From: Terriglobia bacterium
GTDB taxonomy: Bacteria; Acidobacteriota; Terriglobia; Terriglobales; Acidobacteriaceae
NCBI GenBank assembly: GCA_963823745.1
Contig: CAWGMN010000013.1
Location: forward strand, 38,246-102,245
Direction of reading: 5' to 3'
Length of the DNA: 64,000 bases
A program made the translations under genes and the position numbers. Shown piece by piece: positions 35,093 to 45,262 of the stretch (position 1 is the stretch's first letter; each line of letters begins with the position of its first letter). Under the pieces are notes generated by a model, which saw nothing but the letters and a program-made list of their open reading frames with translations, ran no database searches and was not told the origin of the DNA.

Positions 35093-36226
35093 TTATGACA
35101 CGCTGCCGAGTGGCAGGAGCTCCTTAAAGAGATTATCCCACATAGCGAGTATTCGCTCTTTGCCGAAGCGCATGCCGATCTCGGGCGCGCGCGAAGCCAG
35201 ACGGCCGCGCTCCTGAGCATCGCTCATAAGACGATCAAGCGCAGTGGCCAGAGCGGGAACATCTTCACGCGGGACCAAGAGACCATCTACTCCGTCACGG
35301 ATGATTTCAGAAGGCCCCCAGGGGCAATCGAAGCTGATGACAGGTAGTCCGCATGCCATGGCTTCACATAATGCATTGGGAAAACCCTCGAAGCGCGAAG
35401 AGAGAACAAAAAGATCGGCGCTATGAAAGATCGGAAAAGGATCGGAAACGGGTCCGAGAAAATGGACACGATCTCTTATTCCCAAAATTTCCGATTGATT
35501 TTCCAACTCAGCTCTCAGGGGACCGCCACCAACAATTTTGAGAGACCACTGCGGATGATGCTGCGATATATGCGCAAATGCCTTCAGAAGCAGGTCAAAC
35601 CCTTTTTGAGGAACCAGCCTTCCCATCGCGACTACATTGCAGGATGCAGGAGTGGAAGAGATTTGCGTTTCCTTTTGTCCTTTGCCCCCGAATTCGACTG
35701 GATTGGGTATGGTACATACCCTGACTTTGAATCTGCCCCGAAGTGATGCAGCACTGGCATTTGTCTGCAAAACCAGCGCACGCGAAAGGGGATACGTAAT
35801 CTGTCGCAGGATTCGCCAAATTTGTCCGATGTTATCTAATTCAGGATTGGCTCTCTCCGAGACAATCACGGGGATATGGAGTCCTCGAGTGGCCAGAAGA
35901 GTAACAATATTCGTTGTATCAATGAAACTGAGGGTAATGTCAGCCATGGAATTGCGAATCGCATTCCGCAACATCCGGAGTTTACGAAAATTTTTCACCA
36001 CAGCCTGCAGCGAGTGCTTAGACTTCCCAGGAGGAAATGCCAGCCTGCAGAGCTGTACTGATTCATGAAGCGAATAAGCAGGCGCTCCAAACTGATCAAG
36101 GGTAATAACAGTTACGATTCGGCCCTGCTCGGCCCATGCATTGGCCAGAATGGAGATGATTTTCTCTGCGCCACCCCGCTCCAGAGATGAAATTACTAAA
36201 GCAAGCCGCATTGGTCTTTTGTCCAT
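35093..36226 (-). CDS. Glycosyltransferase family 4 (GT1-fold, group 1)
   Basis: RLALVISSLERGGAEKIISILA at the N-terminus and EGFPNALCEAMACGLPVISFDCPWGPSEII (E-x7-E region) at the C-terminus. The start is placed at MDKRPM. Confidence 0.85.
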   Translation of the reverse strand: MDKRPMRLALVISSLERGGAEKIISILANAWAEQGRIVTVITLDQFGAPAYSLHESVQLCRLAFPPGKSKHSLQAVVKNFRKLRMLRNAIRNSMADITLSFIDTTNIVTLLATRGLHIPVIVSERANPELDNIGQIWRILRQITYPLSRALVLQTNASAASLRGRFKVRVCTIPNPVEFGGKGQKETQISSTPASCNVVAMGRLVPQKGFDLLLKAFAHISQHHPQWSLKIVGGGPLRAELENQSEILGIRDRVHFLGPVSDPFPIFHSADLFVLSSRFEGFPNALCEAMACGLPVISFDCPWGPSEIIRDGVDGLLVPREDVPALATALDRLMSDAQERGRLASRAPEIGMRFGKERILAMWDNLFKELLPLGSVS

Positions 36227-36508
36227 CAATTTTCCCGAACTGAATATTGGAACACATGGCACATGAAGCGCGATTCGTCACTTCTTCGAATATAATTTTT
36301 TTCGATACAAAGGTGTACCAATAGGGACTTTATTGCGCAGTTCAATCGCGATTGGACCCGAAGCTTTGCCGGTACTATAGTGGTACTCGAGAAGCATCCG
36401 ACCGTTTTTGCTGTCGCCTGTGCTCCATATTGTATTTAAACATGACCTTATAAGAACAAACGTGAGACGCTCGATTCGCGAATCGCTTCTCCCTGGAACT
36501 CTGCCAAG

Positions 36509-37279
36509 ATGGTTACACGAGCAAAGCGGCTGTTAACGGCCATAAAAGATCAATCTGTACGCGAGGAACTCAAATTTTCTGTATTGCGCCGTACTGCGGC
36601 ATGGCTGCTGCCCTGGTACAGATTGCAATTTCCTCAAATCGCCTGGTGGCGCGATGAGGGGTTCAATGGATATCTGAAAGCTTTTAACGAATTAAATGGT
36701 ATGAATATGGACCGCCGATGGGCTCTTTATCAGTTGGCCCGGCTGGTAGCCTCGGTACCCGGTGACACCGCGGAATGCGGGGTGTTTGAAGGGGCCGGTT
36801 CTTATCTGATCGCTCGCTCGCTTAGCGGCAAAACAGGATTGCAAAGAACTCACTTTATGTTCGATTCGTTCGACGGATTGTCGCGTCCGGAGGCAATAGA
36901 TGGCAGCTACTGGACAATGGGAGCTCTGTCTTGTCCGTTGGATAAAGTTAAGGTAAACCTGCGATCACTGGAAAATCTTAGCTGGCACAAAGGCTGGATA
37001 CCAGAGAGATTCAGTGACGTGGCGGACAGAAGATTTTCATTTGTTCATATCGATGTGGATTTGTACCAACCCACCAGGGACAGCATGGCATTCTTTTATC
37101 CGCGGATGAACGATGGCGGAATCATTATCTGCGATGACTACGGCTTTACGAGTTGTCCCGGTGCAACCCAGGCTGTCGATGAGGTGCTGAGCAATAAACC
37201 GGAAAAAATGATTGCGCTTCCCTCCGGCGGGGGATTTTTCATTAAAGGGTGCGAAACGGCAGATCGTGCTGAAGTTTGA
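36509..37279 (+). CDS. TylF/MycF-family (macrocin-type) O-methyltransferase
   Basis: GDTAECGVFEGAGSY, FMFDSFDGL, FSFVHIDVDLYQPT, GGIIICDDYG. Confidence 0.8.
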   Translation: MVTRAKRLLTAIKDQSVREELKFSVLRRTAAWLLPWYRLQFPQIAWWRDEGFNGYLKAFNELNGMNMDRRWALYQLARLVASVPGDTAECGVFEGAGSYLIARSLSGKTGLQRTHFMFDSFDGLSRPEAIDGSYWTMGALSCPLDKVKVNLRSLENLSWHKGWIPERFSDVADRRFSFVHIDVDLYQPTRDSMAFFYPRMNDGGIIICDDYGFTSCPGATQAVDEVLSNKPEKMIALPSGGGFFIKGCETADRAEV

Positions 37280-37312
37280 CAGGATTTTCAATCCGATGGT
37301 GAAGGCTTCCAT

Positions 37313-38128
37313 TTGAACTCATCCGATGTCTCCAGACAGAATTCCAAGCTTACTTTGCTGGCCGGTCTGCTATGGAAGAATCCTACAGAATTTTGGGACC
37401 GAATCTTCACCTTTGCCGATTTCCAGTCAGACCGGATTCGCAGGCGATGCTCGCAAACGCCCATCAGCGTCGAAGAGTTGAAAACGCGGCTTGCCAGGAT
37501 GTTAGGACCGGAGCTGGAAGGATATTTTTGCGAACCGCCGCTGACAGAGATTGAAGCGCGGGTTTCGAAAACACAGACGGAGATTGCATCCAGCGCCGCT
37601 TTTGGAATGTTCCACGGCGCGGATTTCAGTCTGGCCAGGTTGTCTTATGCCATCTGCCGCATGAAAAGACCGGCGGTGGTATTGGAGACCGGCGTGGCTC
37701 ACGGCGTAACCAGCGCCTTTCTATTACAGGCTATGGCGGTAAACGGAATGGGGCAGCTTTGGAGCGTGGATCTCCCTCCGTTGGCACCGAAGGCAGATTC
37801 CCAGGCCGGAATTCTTGTTCCTGACAACCTGCGCACGCGCTGGCATCTGGTGAGGGGAACAAGCCGCCGCATGCTGCCGGGTCTGGTAGCGCAATTGCCT
37901 CGGCTCGATATGTTTCTGCACGACAGCCTTCACACCTATCTCAATATGAAGCTGGAATTTGCAACAGTATGGCCCAAACTCACCAATGGCGGAGTGCTGA
38001 TTGCCGATGACGTGGAGATGAATCGCGCCTTTCAAGATTTCATAGTCGAGCACAAGGTGGGTTTTGCAGCCGCTGCTAAGGAGACGCAGAAAAGCTCTTT
38101 ATTGGGTATCGCGCTCAAGCCTCTTTAA
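37313..38128 (+). CDS. Class I SAM-dependent methyltransferase (Methyltransf_24/CmcI-like)
   Basis: VVLETGVAHGVTSAFLLQA, LWSVDLPP, DMFLHDSLHTY, GGVLIADDV. The start is apparently TTG. Confidence 0.7.
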   Translation: MNSSDVSRQNSKLTLLAGLLWKNPTEFWDRIFTFADFQSDRIRRRCSQTPISVEELKTRLARMLGPELEGYFCEPPLTEIEARVSKTQTEIASSAAFGMFHGADFSLARLSYAICRMKRPAVVLETGVAHGVTSAFLLQAMAVNGMGQLWSVDLPPLAPKADSQAGILVPDNLRTRWHLVRGTSRRMLPGLVAQLPRLDMFLHDSLHTYLNMKLEFATVWPKLTNGGVLIADDVEMNRAFQDFIVEHKVGFAAAAKETQKSSLLGIALKPL

Positions 38129-38237
38129 ACGATGCTGGTCGGATCATTAGAAAATGGCAGCAATGACATCGCTGTATCACCCGCTATAATTCCGCCATAA
38201 AATTGGATTAGCGGATTGGATAACATACGGCGCCAAA

Positions 38238-38993
38238 ATGCAATTCGAATACATCAATAATCTACGCCACGAAGAGATGTGCAGAGTCCTTGACTTGTGC
38301 TCCCAGGAATTTCGCGGGAAGGATATTCTGGAACTGGGGAGCGGGACAGGCGTTCAGCTACTCATGCTCAAACAAATAGGGAAATCTGCGTCCGGCCTCG
38401 AATTATCCGGCAGCCAGTATCTTCGTCACAAGGTATGCGACGACATCCGGGAATATGATGGGAAAACTATTCCTAACGCAGACGCTTCAGTTGACGTTGT
38501 TTTTTCCTCCAATGTGGTTGAGCACGTAAACGATCAACTGCAGCTACACACTGAAATTCAACGCGTTCTCAGGCCAGGAGGTAAGGCAATTCACGTTGTT
38601 CCTTCCCGGATGTGGCGAATCGTCACGTCCATTATTCATTATCCTGCTGTACCCATACAAAAGATTCAGTCGCTTGCACATCGCCATGAAGAATCAAATC
38701 GGAATATGACAGCGATTCCAAATGGCACTAGCTGGAAGACAAAACTCAAGAGGCTGATTCCGGAACAACATGGCGAGCTTGGTGGTTGGTTAGGTGAATA
38801 CAGAGACTTTGGCGCAAGCGCATGGCGCGCGCGCTTTCAGCGCATGGGATGGGACGTCGAAGCAATGCACCCCTTACACCTTCTTTATTCCGGGAATTCT
38901 TTTTTGGCTGATCGCCTGAGCATCAAAACAAGAACATCTTTGTCTAAATTCTTCGGTTCTTCGACACTCCTTTTCGTATTGAGGGCTCGATAA
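38238..38993 (+). CDS. Class I SAM-dependent methyltransferase (Methyltransf_11-like)
   Basis: ILELGSGTGVQLLML, VDVVFSSNVVEHV, VLRPGGKAIHVVP. Confidence 0.8.
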   Translation: MQFEYINNLRHEEMCRVLDLCSQEFRGKDILELGSGTGVQLLMLKQIGKSASGLELSGSQYLRHKVCDDIREYDGKTIPNADASVDVVFSSNVVEHVNDQLQLHTEIQRVLRPGGKAIHVVPSRMWRIVTSIIHYPAVPIQKIQSLAHRHEESNRNMTAIPNGTSWKTKLKRLIPEQHGELGGWLGEYRDFGASAWRARFQRMGWDVEAMHPLHLLYSGNSFLADRLSIKTRTSLSKFFGSSTLLFVLRAR

Positions 38994-39134
38994 GTTTCCC
39001 TAAGAGATGCAGAGATCATCTTTTCCGGCTTGTCTTTCCAAAATCACTGTCGGTAGTCGCTCCTGGACACCTGAGCAGCCGTAACCGTCGCACACAATGC
39101 CCTGCCCCATTGTTCTCTCAAATGAAGGCATAAC

Positions 39135-39211
39135 GGCGGTGTAGTGGCACCACAACGGCGGCGTAGTGGTACCACAACGGCGGCGTAGTGGCGGCGTAGT
39201 GACACCATTGC
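39135..39211. repeat. 11-nt phased two-word array, 7 units
   Basis: GGCGGTGTAGT GGCACCACAAC GGCGGCGTAGT GGTACCACAAC GGCGGCGTAGT GGCGGCGTAGT GACACCATTGC. It has the same 3-prime flank (TTGCTTGC-like) as 22504..22558. Confidence 0.9.
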
Positions 39212-39360
39212 TTGCATTCTATGTTTTTCCTGGCTACTCTCCAGCCTGCACCCTCAGGGGTGGCTTTGTTTGTTCTTTGAAAATTTGGGAAATACGGCTT
39301 TGCCGATAGCCGCGGCAGCCAAGGCAAAACGAGTCCAGGCGGAGCTATGCCTGCCGCATT

Positions 39361-39461
39361 TGTAGCGGATGTAGCGGATGTAGCGCATTGTAGCGGATGT
39401 AGCGCACTCGGTTTTGAGCGTTTCAGCCGCTGTTCATGCGGCTTGTAGCGGATGTAGCGGA
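39361..39461. repeat. Nonamer TGTAGCGGA/TGTAGCGCA array (5 units, a 37-nt gap, then 2 units)
   Basis: 39361-39406 reads TGTAGCGGA TGTAGCGGA TGTAGCGCA t TGTAGCGGA TGTAGCGCA, and 39444-39461 reads TGTAGCGGA TGTAGCGGA. Confidence 0.9.
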
Positions 39462-39726
39462 TTCAGCCTCAATTTTCACGAATGACGGCCCAACACCCAA
39501 ACCACCCACAAAGAATCGGTGTCTATCTGTTCGTCAGTGTTATCAGTGGTGAGGTTTTCGGAATGTTGCGACCTTGTCGCGCGACAGTTGCGGGCTGAAA
39601 ATTCAGTTTTCGCCGCGATTGACAAGGCTTGTAGCGAGTTGCGAGCTTCCAGCGGAAAGCAGGAGTTGAGGAAAATGGCTAGCGGGCTGAATGGCAATCT
39701 CTAATTGCCAGTTGCTTATGGGCTTC

Positions 39727-40290
39727 CTAGTGTCCCGACCCGCGCAGCACTTCGGGAATGGTGCGCAGCAGGATCTTCAGATCGAGGAATACGTTCCAGT
39801 TTTCGATGTATTCGAGATCGAGCATCACGTTCTTTTCAAACGACGGATCGCGGCGGGCGCTTACCTGCCACAGTCCGGTGACGCCCGGCAGCACGTCGAG
39901 GCGGCGCAGGTCTTCCAACTGGTAGTTGTTGTAATCGTCTACCGGATGGGGGCGCGGGCCGACGATGCTCATCTCCCCTTTCAGCACGTTGAAAAGCTGG
40001 GGCAGCTCATCAATGCTGTACTTGCGCAGGAAGTGCCCGAAGCGGGTGATGCGGGGATCGTTGGTGATCTTGAAGGTGGCGCCGTTGCGCTCGTTCATGT
40101 GGCGCAGGGTTTCTTTCCTGGCGTCGGCGTCGGCGACCATGGTGCGGAATTTATAGCAGCGGAATTTGCGTCCTTTGCGGCCTACTCGCCATGCCGCATA
40201 CAGAACCGAGCCGGGCGAATCGAGCTTGATGAGAAGCGCCGTGAGCAGCATGAAGCGGAGACAAACCCAGCAGCACTGCCGAGGCCACAA
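39727..40290 (-). CDS. Polyprenyl glycosylphosphotransferase (WbaP/EpsB-type sugar transferase), C-terminal catalytic segment
   Basis: LLIKLDSPGSVLYAAWRVGRKGRKFRCYKFRTM..FKITNDPRITRFGHFLRKYSIDELPQLFNVLKGEMSIVGPRP. Confidence 0.9.
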   Translation of the reverse strand: MWPRQCCWVCLRFMLLTALLIKLDSPGSVLYAAWRVGRKGRKFRCYKFRTMVADADARKETLRHMNERNGATFKITNDPRITRFGHFLRKYSIDELPQLFNVLKGEMSIVGPRPHPVDDYNNYQLEDLRRLDVLPGVTGLWQVSARRDPSFEKNVMLDLEYIENWNVFLDLKILLRTIPEVLRGSGH

Positions 40291-41206
40291 TCAGGTCCAT
40301 GATGCGCTTTAAGAACAGGCCCAGCGCGGGAATGGGCTGCTGGTTCAGTTCCAGCACTGGAACATTCCCGATATAGTTCATGCCGGCGCCCAGGGCTAGC
40401 CCTCCATAAAGATCAGGGACCACCTTCACGCTGATGCGTTCTTCACGGGCCTGCAACGCCACCCCCATGATCAATTCACGGTCAATCTCTGGGGTAAAGT
40501 AAATTTCGTCAATGAAGAATTCCTTCAGGATGCGGGGCAGGTCTTCAGGCGTACCCAGCCAGTAAGGGCTGGTGCGGCGCATGTCATCTACAAAACCGCA
40601 GAACATCTTGCCCAGATAGCGATGGTTGTCGAGATACTGCTGGAAGGTCTGGCCGATCTGTCCGGCGCCCACGATGAGCACGTGGCGGGTGCCGATGCCA
40701 CGCTCGATGCGCCGCAGGTTATGCTGCTGCATTACATGGCGCAGAGTAAGGAGCCCGACAAAGCTGAAAAGCATGGTTGCGCCAAACACCACGCGCGGCG
40801 CGGGCTTTTCGCTGGCCAGAAAGACTACGGTCACGGTGAGCATGGAAGAGAGGACAAAGCTCTTCAGAATCCTGACGCGCGAAACACCCGCGACGTGGCG
40901 GGCAGCTTCAGAATAAAGGTCCTGGGCGGCATTGCAGATCACCGTGAGGATGGCATAGCACAGCAGGAAGCCCAGCAGGCGCAGATGCGGCAACTGGAGC
41001 ACACCGTTCGGTCCGGCGCCGGGAAGATGGTTGCGCAGCCCGTAGGCGAGAAATCCTGAAACAAGAATGATCAGAACGTCGGTAAACGCGATCAGGCCGT
41101 ATCCGCCGCCGGTGGGACGGGCAGCACGGCTGACGCGCTTCACAGCCAGATGCGAAAGCTCCAGTACCTGGCTGCGTTCCGGATGCACACCTTGCGATGT
41201 TGACAC
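40151..41206 (-). CDS. Polyprenyl glycosylphosphotransferase, N-terminal membrane/Rossmann-like segment
   Basis: It has four or so TM segments, then HVLIVGAGQIG, then ..FLKRIMDLIVASAVLLGLSPL, followed by nonsense. Adding one T at a TT run restores ..SPLFMLLTALLIKLDSPG. Confidence 0.85.
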   Translation of the reverse strand: MSTSQGVHPERSQVLELSHLAVKRVSRAARPTGGGYGLIAFTDVLIILVSGFLAYGLRNHLPGAGPNGVLQLPHLRLLGFLLCYAILTVICNAAQDLYSEAARHVAGVSRVRILKSFVLSSMLTVTVVFLASEKPAPRVVFGATMLFSFVGLLTLRHVMQQHNLRRIERGIGTRHVLIVGAGQIGQTFQQYLDNHRYLGKMFCGFVDDMRRTSPYWLGTPEDLPRILKEFFIDEIYFTPEIDRELIMGVALQAREERISVKVVPDLYGGLALGAGMNYIGNVPVLELNQQPIPALGLFLKRIMDLIVASAVLLGLSPLHAAHGASHQARFARLGSVCGMASRPQRTQIPLL

Positions 41207-41235
41207 TACGTTCTCCTCAACCTCGTTCTACTGTT

Positions 41236-42561
41236 CTACTGTCTGAAACCATGATCGCGGTTCCTGTCCAGACGACCAGTCCAGACGGAAATCACATTTC
41301 CCCAGGTTCCCGAATAGAACCTCGAAAGCAGAATTCGTCTGGGATCATTCAGGTTCCATCTCGATAATCTGTCTCCCAGCAAAATGCCCACCATTGCCAG
41401 GAAGGCACTAATACAGATGCCGCATATCACGATCATGACCGGCGAAGGTACTCTCGCGTCCGGCAGTGACGGAGGATCCAGGACTTTGACCGGCGGCATG
41501 TCCTTGGCTTCCTGAATGCTGGCCAACTCATATTGCTGCGTGAGCAGCTCATACACGGTCTCGTGGATCTTGGTTTCCCGGTACAAATTTGCCCACTGCA
41601 CGCCCAGCACCGGCAAATTCTTCACCGATGGATAAGGGCTGGTTGGATCGGTGCTGCCATTGGCAGAAGCTTTCCCGGTATTCAACTTGGCCAGTTCACG
41701 CTCCAGCTCGTTCACATGGGCGCGCATGCTTTTCACGCGGTAATTTTCCGGCGTATAAATCGCTTCCAGGCTTTCAAGCTGGGCGCGGTTGGCAATCAGT
41801 TCGCCCTGCAGCCGTGACGCCGCTTCCACGCTGATCTTGGTCTGCTCGGGCACATCGAACATCATGTGCTTGCTGGAAAACTGGCTGAATTGCTGCTGCG
41901 CGTCGTTGAGGATTTGCTTTTCTTCGCTGAGACGCTGATCGAGAAACACGCGCTCACGATGGGCGGCCGATGTGGCGGTTGACTGCACCATGTGATTGAG
42001 TTCTTCAGTAAAGGCAGCGGCAAGCGCGGCGGCCCGCTGTGGATCGTGGTCTTTGACTGATATCGAAATCACGCCGCTTTTTTTGTCTTCTTCAATCTGG
42101 GTGCGCAGCAGCAGCTTCTGGCGCACGTCTTCCATGCGCTTCATGCCGTACACCTTGCGCAAATCGAAACGGTCAATTAAACGATCGAGAAGAGTGCGGC
42201 TGGTGAGAATTTTTGCAAACAGCGCGCCGGTGCTTTTCATTCCGGCCATGTCACCGGCAATGCTGGCGAGGCTGGCCAGTCCCGGAGACTTGGTAAGAGC
42301 AGGCAGAGCGAACGCGGCGCCCAGGGCTGATGAGCCGTTATCGGGCGGCATGAGCTGAGTAGTGCTTTCGTATTTCGGCATCTTCCAGGCGATGAATGAA
42401 GAAAGAACGATGCCGACAGCTACCCATGCGAGAATTCTGAGGCGCTTTGACCAAAGAAGTTCGACTGCGTCTGTCCAGGGGCGCCAGTGCGAGCCCGCAG
42501 GACGCAATTCCCTTTCTTCCATTTGATCGAAAGTATCTTTTTCGGTCTGGCTTAGAGGCAC
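41236..42561 (-). CDS. Polysaccharide chain-length determinant (Wzz/GumC-like PCP, no kinase domain)
   Basis: 441 aa. It has an N-terminal TM (ILAWVAVGIVLSSFIAW) followed by KYESTTQLMPP, a long coiled-coil periplasmic region, and a C-terminal TM (VMIVICGICISAFLAMVGILLG). Confidence 0.75.
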   Translation of the reverse strand: MPLSQTEKDTFDQMEERELRPAGSHWRPWTDAVELLWSKRLRILAWVAVGIVLSSFIAWKMPKYESTTQLMPPDNGSSALGAAFALPALTKSPGLASLASIAGDMAGMKSTGALFAKILTSRTLLDRLIDRFDLRKVYGMKRMEDVRQKLLLRTQIEEDKKSGVISISVKDHDPQRAAALAAAFTEELNHMVQSTATSAAHRERVFLDQRLSEEKQILNDAQQQFSQFSSKHMMFDVPEQTKISVEAASRLQGELIANRAQLESLEAIYTPENYRVKSMRAHVNELERELAKLNTGKASANGSTDPTSPYPSVKNLPVLGVQWANLYRETKIHETVYELLTQQYELASIQEAKDMPPVKVLDPPSLPDARVPSPVMIVICGICISAFLAMVGILLGDRLSRWNLNDPRRILLSRFYSGTWGNVISVWTGRLDRNRDHGFRQ

Positions 42562-43123
42562 GCGCAGGCCTCCGGCGAGAAAACGGGCGTGAAAAGCGCC
42601 GCCGTTGTTTGACTCTTCATTACTGCTTTGATTCCTTTCCTCGTCAGGAAATGGATGGAGTACCTTTGTGAGTTAACGTTCGCAAGTTTTTCGAACGCAC
42701 GATTCTCAAAGGATAACACTCTCGCCACGCAGAACGCATCCGGCCCCCGGGACGCGCGAACTCCAGTACCTACATTGACACGGGCCATTATCAAAAGTTT
42801 TCGGCTACTTTGTCTTAGTACTCAGCCGCCACGCGCATACAGACACACCGCCGCCGTCGGCAACTCAGGCTGATGGCAAACTTGTTGTGATTGTATGAAT
42901 TACTGTCCATAAGATTACATTACGGCGGTGGGAAGTAAATCAAAAAAACAATGTAAAGCTTTTGCCTTAATACGTGGAAATCCAGCAATAAACCCCCGCC
43001 GAAAGAAGCGCAAAAACTGAAAGCATTCTAAAGCGGTCTTGCCGGCCGGACAAGACTTAGGGCCTTAAGACTTCCGCCCCGAATCAGACAGTTATGACAG
43101 GCATTCATCAACCTGGCTAAGTG

Positions 43124-44594
43124 TCAGTTCACAGCAGGTGAATGGAGGGACTTGATTTCAGGAAAGTTGCTGGCTGCGCGAGTGGCTTGCAGCGGAAGAA
43201 TGATGCGGAAGCTTGCGCCTTCGCCGGGAGCGCTATTCAGCTCGATGCGGCCGCCGTGGGCTTCGGCAATCATGCGCACAAAATGGAGGCCCAGGCCGCT
43301 GCCGGGAACGGTTGATCGGCGCGCGTTCATCGTGCGGTAGCTGCGTTCAAAAACCAGCGCCTGCTCTTCTTCGCTGATGCCCGAGCCGGTGTCGAGAATG
43401 GTGATGCTGGCGTCAGAGCCGTCGGAAACAAGAGCAACATCCACGCGTCCGTTGGCGCGATTGAATTTGATGGCGTTATCAATCAGGTTGAGCATCAGCC
43501 GCCAGATCTGCCCGGCATCAAACTCGCCTGTGATCCCATTCTGGACATTCGCAGAAAGCTGCACCTGGTGCTCGGCAGCGGCTGAACGCATTCCATCTAC
43601 CGCCGCTCTTACCAGCTCAGACAGGTCTTCGGTTTCGCGCTGCAACTGTATGCCCGCGTAATCAGACCGGGCCAGCATTACGAGATCGTTCACCGTGCGC
43701 TTTACCAGTTCCACGTGCTCCAGTTGCTTGCAGAGCATCTTGCGGTCGCTTTCACCCATGTTGCCGAGCCGCAACGCCTGTTCCGTTTCCGCGCGCAGCA
43801 GCGTGAGAGGCTGGCGTAGCTCGTGGGAAAGATTGCTGAGAGATTCGCCCATGCGCTGGAATGCATTTTGAAAATTCGAGATCATGGAATTGAGCGTAGC
43901 GCTGAGTTGCTCCAGTTCGTCGCCGCGGCCGGAAAGCGGAAGGCGTCGCGAAAGATCACGCGGCGTAATCTGGCGGGCCGCCGCGCTGATCTGCTCCAGC
44001 GGACGAAGAGCGCTGCCGGCCATGAACAAGCAGATCATTCCATGGGCAAGAATCACGACAGGAAAAAGAATAGTAATGAAGATGGCGAGGCCGTGCGCAT
44101 CGGTATCCGGGTGGGCCAGCGAGGCGCCCAGCCGCAGGAGATAATGCCGGCCCTGCTGTCCCATCACGCGTAAATCAAGGATGCGAAGGTGATCTCCGCC
44201 GGCGGTGAGAGTCTCCCATGCATTGTGGCCGGTCTCCAGCGATTCCCGCGCAGCCGCACTCACCGGCAGCCTGGCGGTGGAAAGCTCACTGGAGCTTTCC
44301 ACCAAGTTACCGTCGGAGTCGAGCAACTGGTAATAACGGATGGATTTTTCGAACTGCTCGCGCACTTCAGGGTCGGCCTGTCCGTTGAGCCAGGTGATAC
44401 CGGTCTTGCGAATCTGCAACATGCTGCGGACCGCGACCGAGCGGTCCTGCAATTCGGCATCAACCTGGTCGTAGAACCGCCGTGACCATGACCCCATACG
44501 CGGCCCACGCCAGCAGCGAAACCAGTACAGCAAAAAACACGGTCTGCTTCAGCGCGAGCCGGAAGTGAAGGCGGCGGGTACCGAGAAAACTCAT
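43124..44594 (-). CDS. Sensor histidine kinase (one frame break near the N-terminus)
   Basis: H-box SHELRQPLT and the N/G boxes DNAIKF and LDTGSGI..GSGLGL. The true ATG at 44594 overlaps the regulator stop as ATGA and encodes MSFLGTRRLHFRLALKQTVFFAVLVSLLAWAAYG. Dropping one base of the C4 run 44492-44495 joins it to ..SWSRRFYDQV. Confidence 0.85.
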
Positions 44595-45262
44595 CGAGAG
44601 GCAGCGAGCATATAACCGACGCCGCGGGCCGTGTGGATCAACGGTTTTTCAAACCCATGGTCCACCTTGGCGCGCAGGTAATTGATATACACATCCACGA
44701 TGTTCGTGAGCCCTTCGAAGCCCAGGTTCCAGACATGCTCGACCACCATGGTGCGCGTCACGGTGCGTCCCGCATTGCGCATCAGGTATTCGAGCACTGC
44801 ATATTCCCGCTGGGTCAGCGTGATCGGCTTGCCGGCGCGCGTGACCGAGTGGCGCATGCGATCGAGTTCCAGATCTTCTACGCTGAGTTTGTCAATCAGT
44901 TCGTTAGGACGCCGCAGCAGCGCGTAAACACGCGCGAGCAGCTCTTCGAAGGAAAAAGGCTTCACCAGATAATCGTCAGCCCCGGCCTGAAGCCCGCAAA
45001 TACGGTCGCTGACTTCGCCGCGCGCGCTTACCAGAATGGTCCTGACATTGGAACCGGCTTTGCGCAGCCGTTTGATTAGGTTGATGCCGTCAAGTTTAGG
45101 AAGGTTCCAGTCGAGAACGACCAGATCGTAATCAATTTCGGTGGCCAACTGAAGGCCATCTTCCCCGTCTGTGGCTTGATCTACCGCGAAGTGATCTGCT
45201 TCGAGACCTTTTACCAGGATCCGAGCAACTTTCGGATCATCTTCAATGACCAAAATACGCAT
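44591..45262 (-). CDS. OmpR-family response regulator
   Basis: MRILVIEDDPKVARIL..DLVVLDWNLPKLDG (receiver domain), with a winged-helix C-terminus ..LTQREYAVLEYLMRNAGRTVTR..HTARGVGYML. Confidence 0.9.
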   Translation of the reverse strand: MRILVIEDDPKVARILVKGLEADHFAVDQATDGEDGLQLATEIDYDLVVLDWNLPKLDGINLIKRLRKAGSNVRTILVSARGEVSDRICGLQAGADDYLVKPFSFEELLARVYALLRRPNELIDKLSVEDLELDRMRHSVTRAGKPITLTQREYAVLEYLMRNAGRTVTRTMVVEHVWNLGFEGLTNIVDVYINYLRAKVDHGFEKPLIHTARGVGYMLAASR

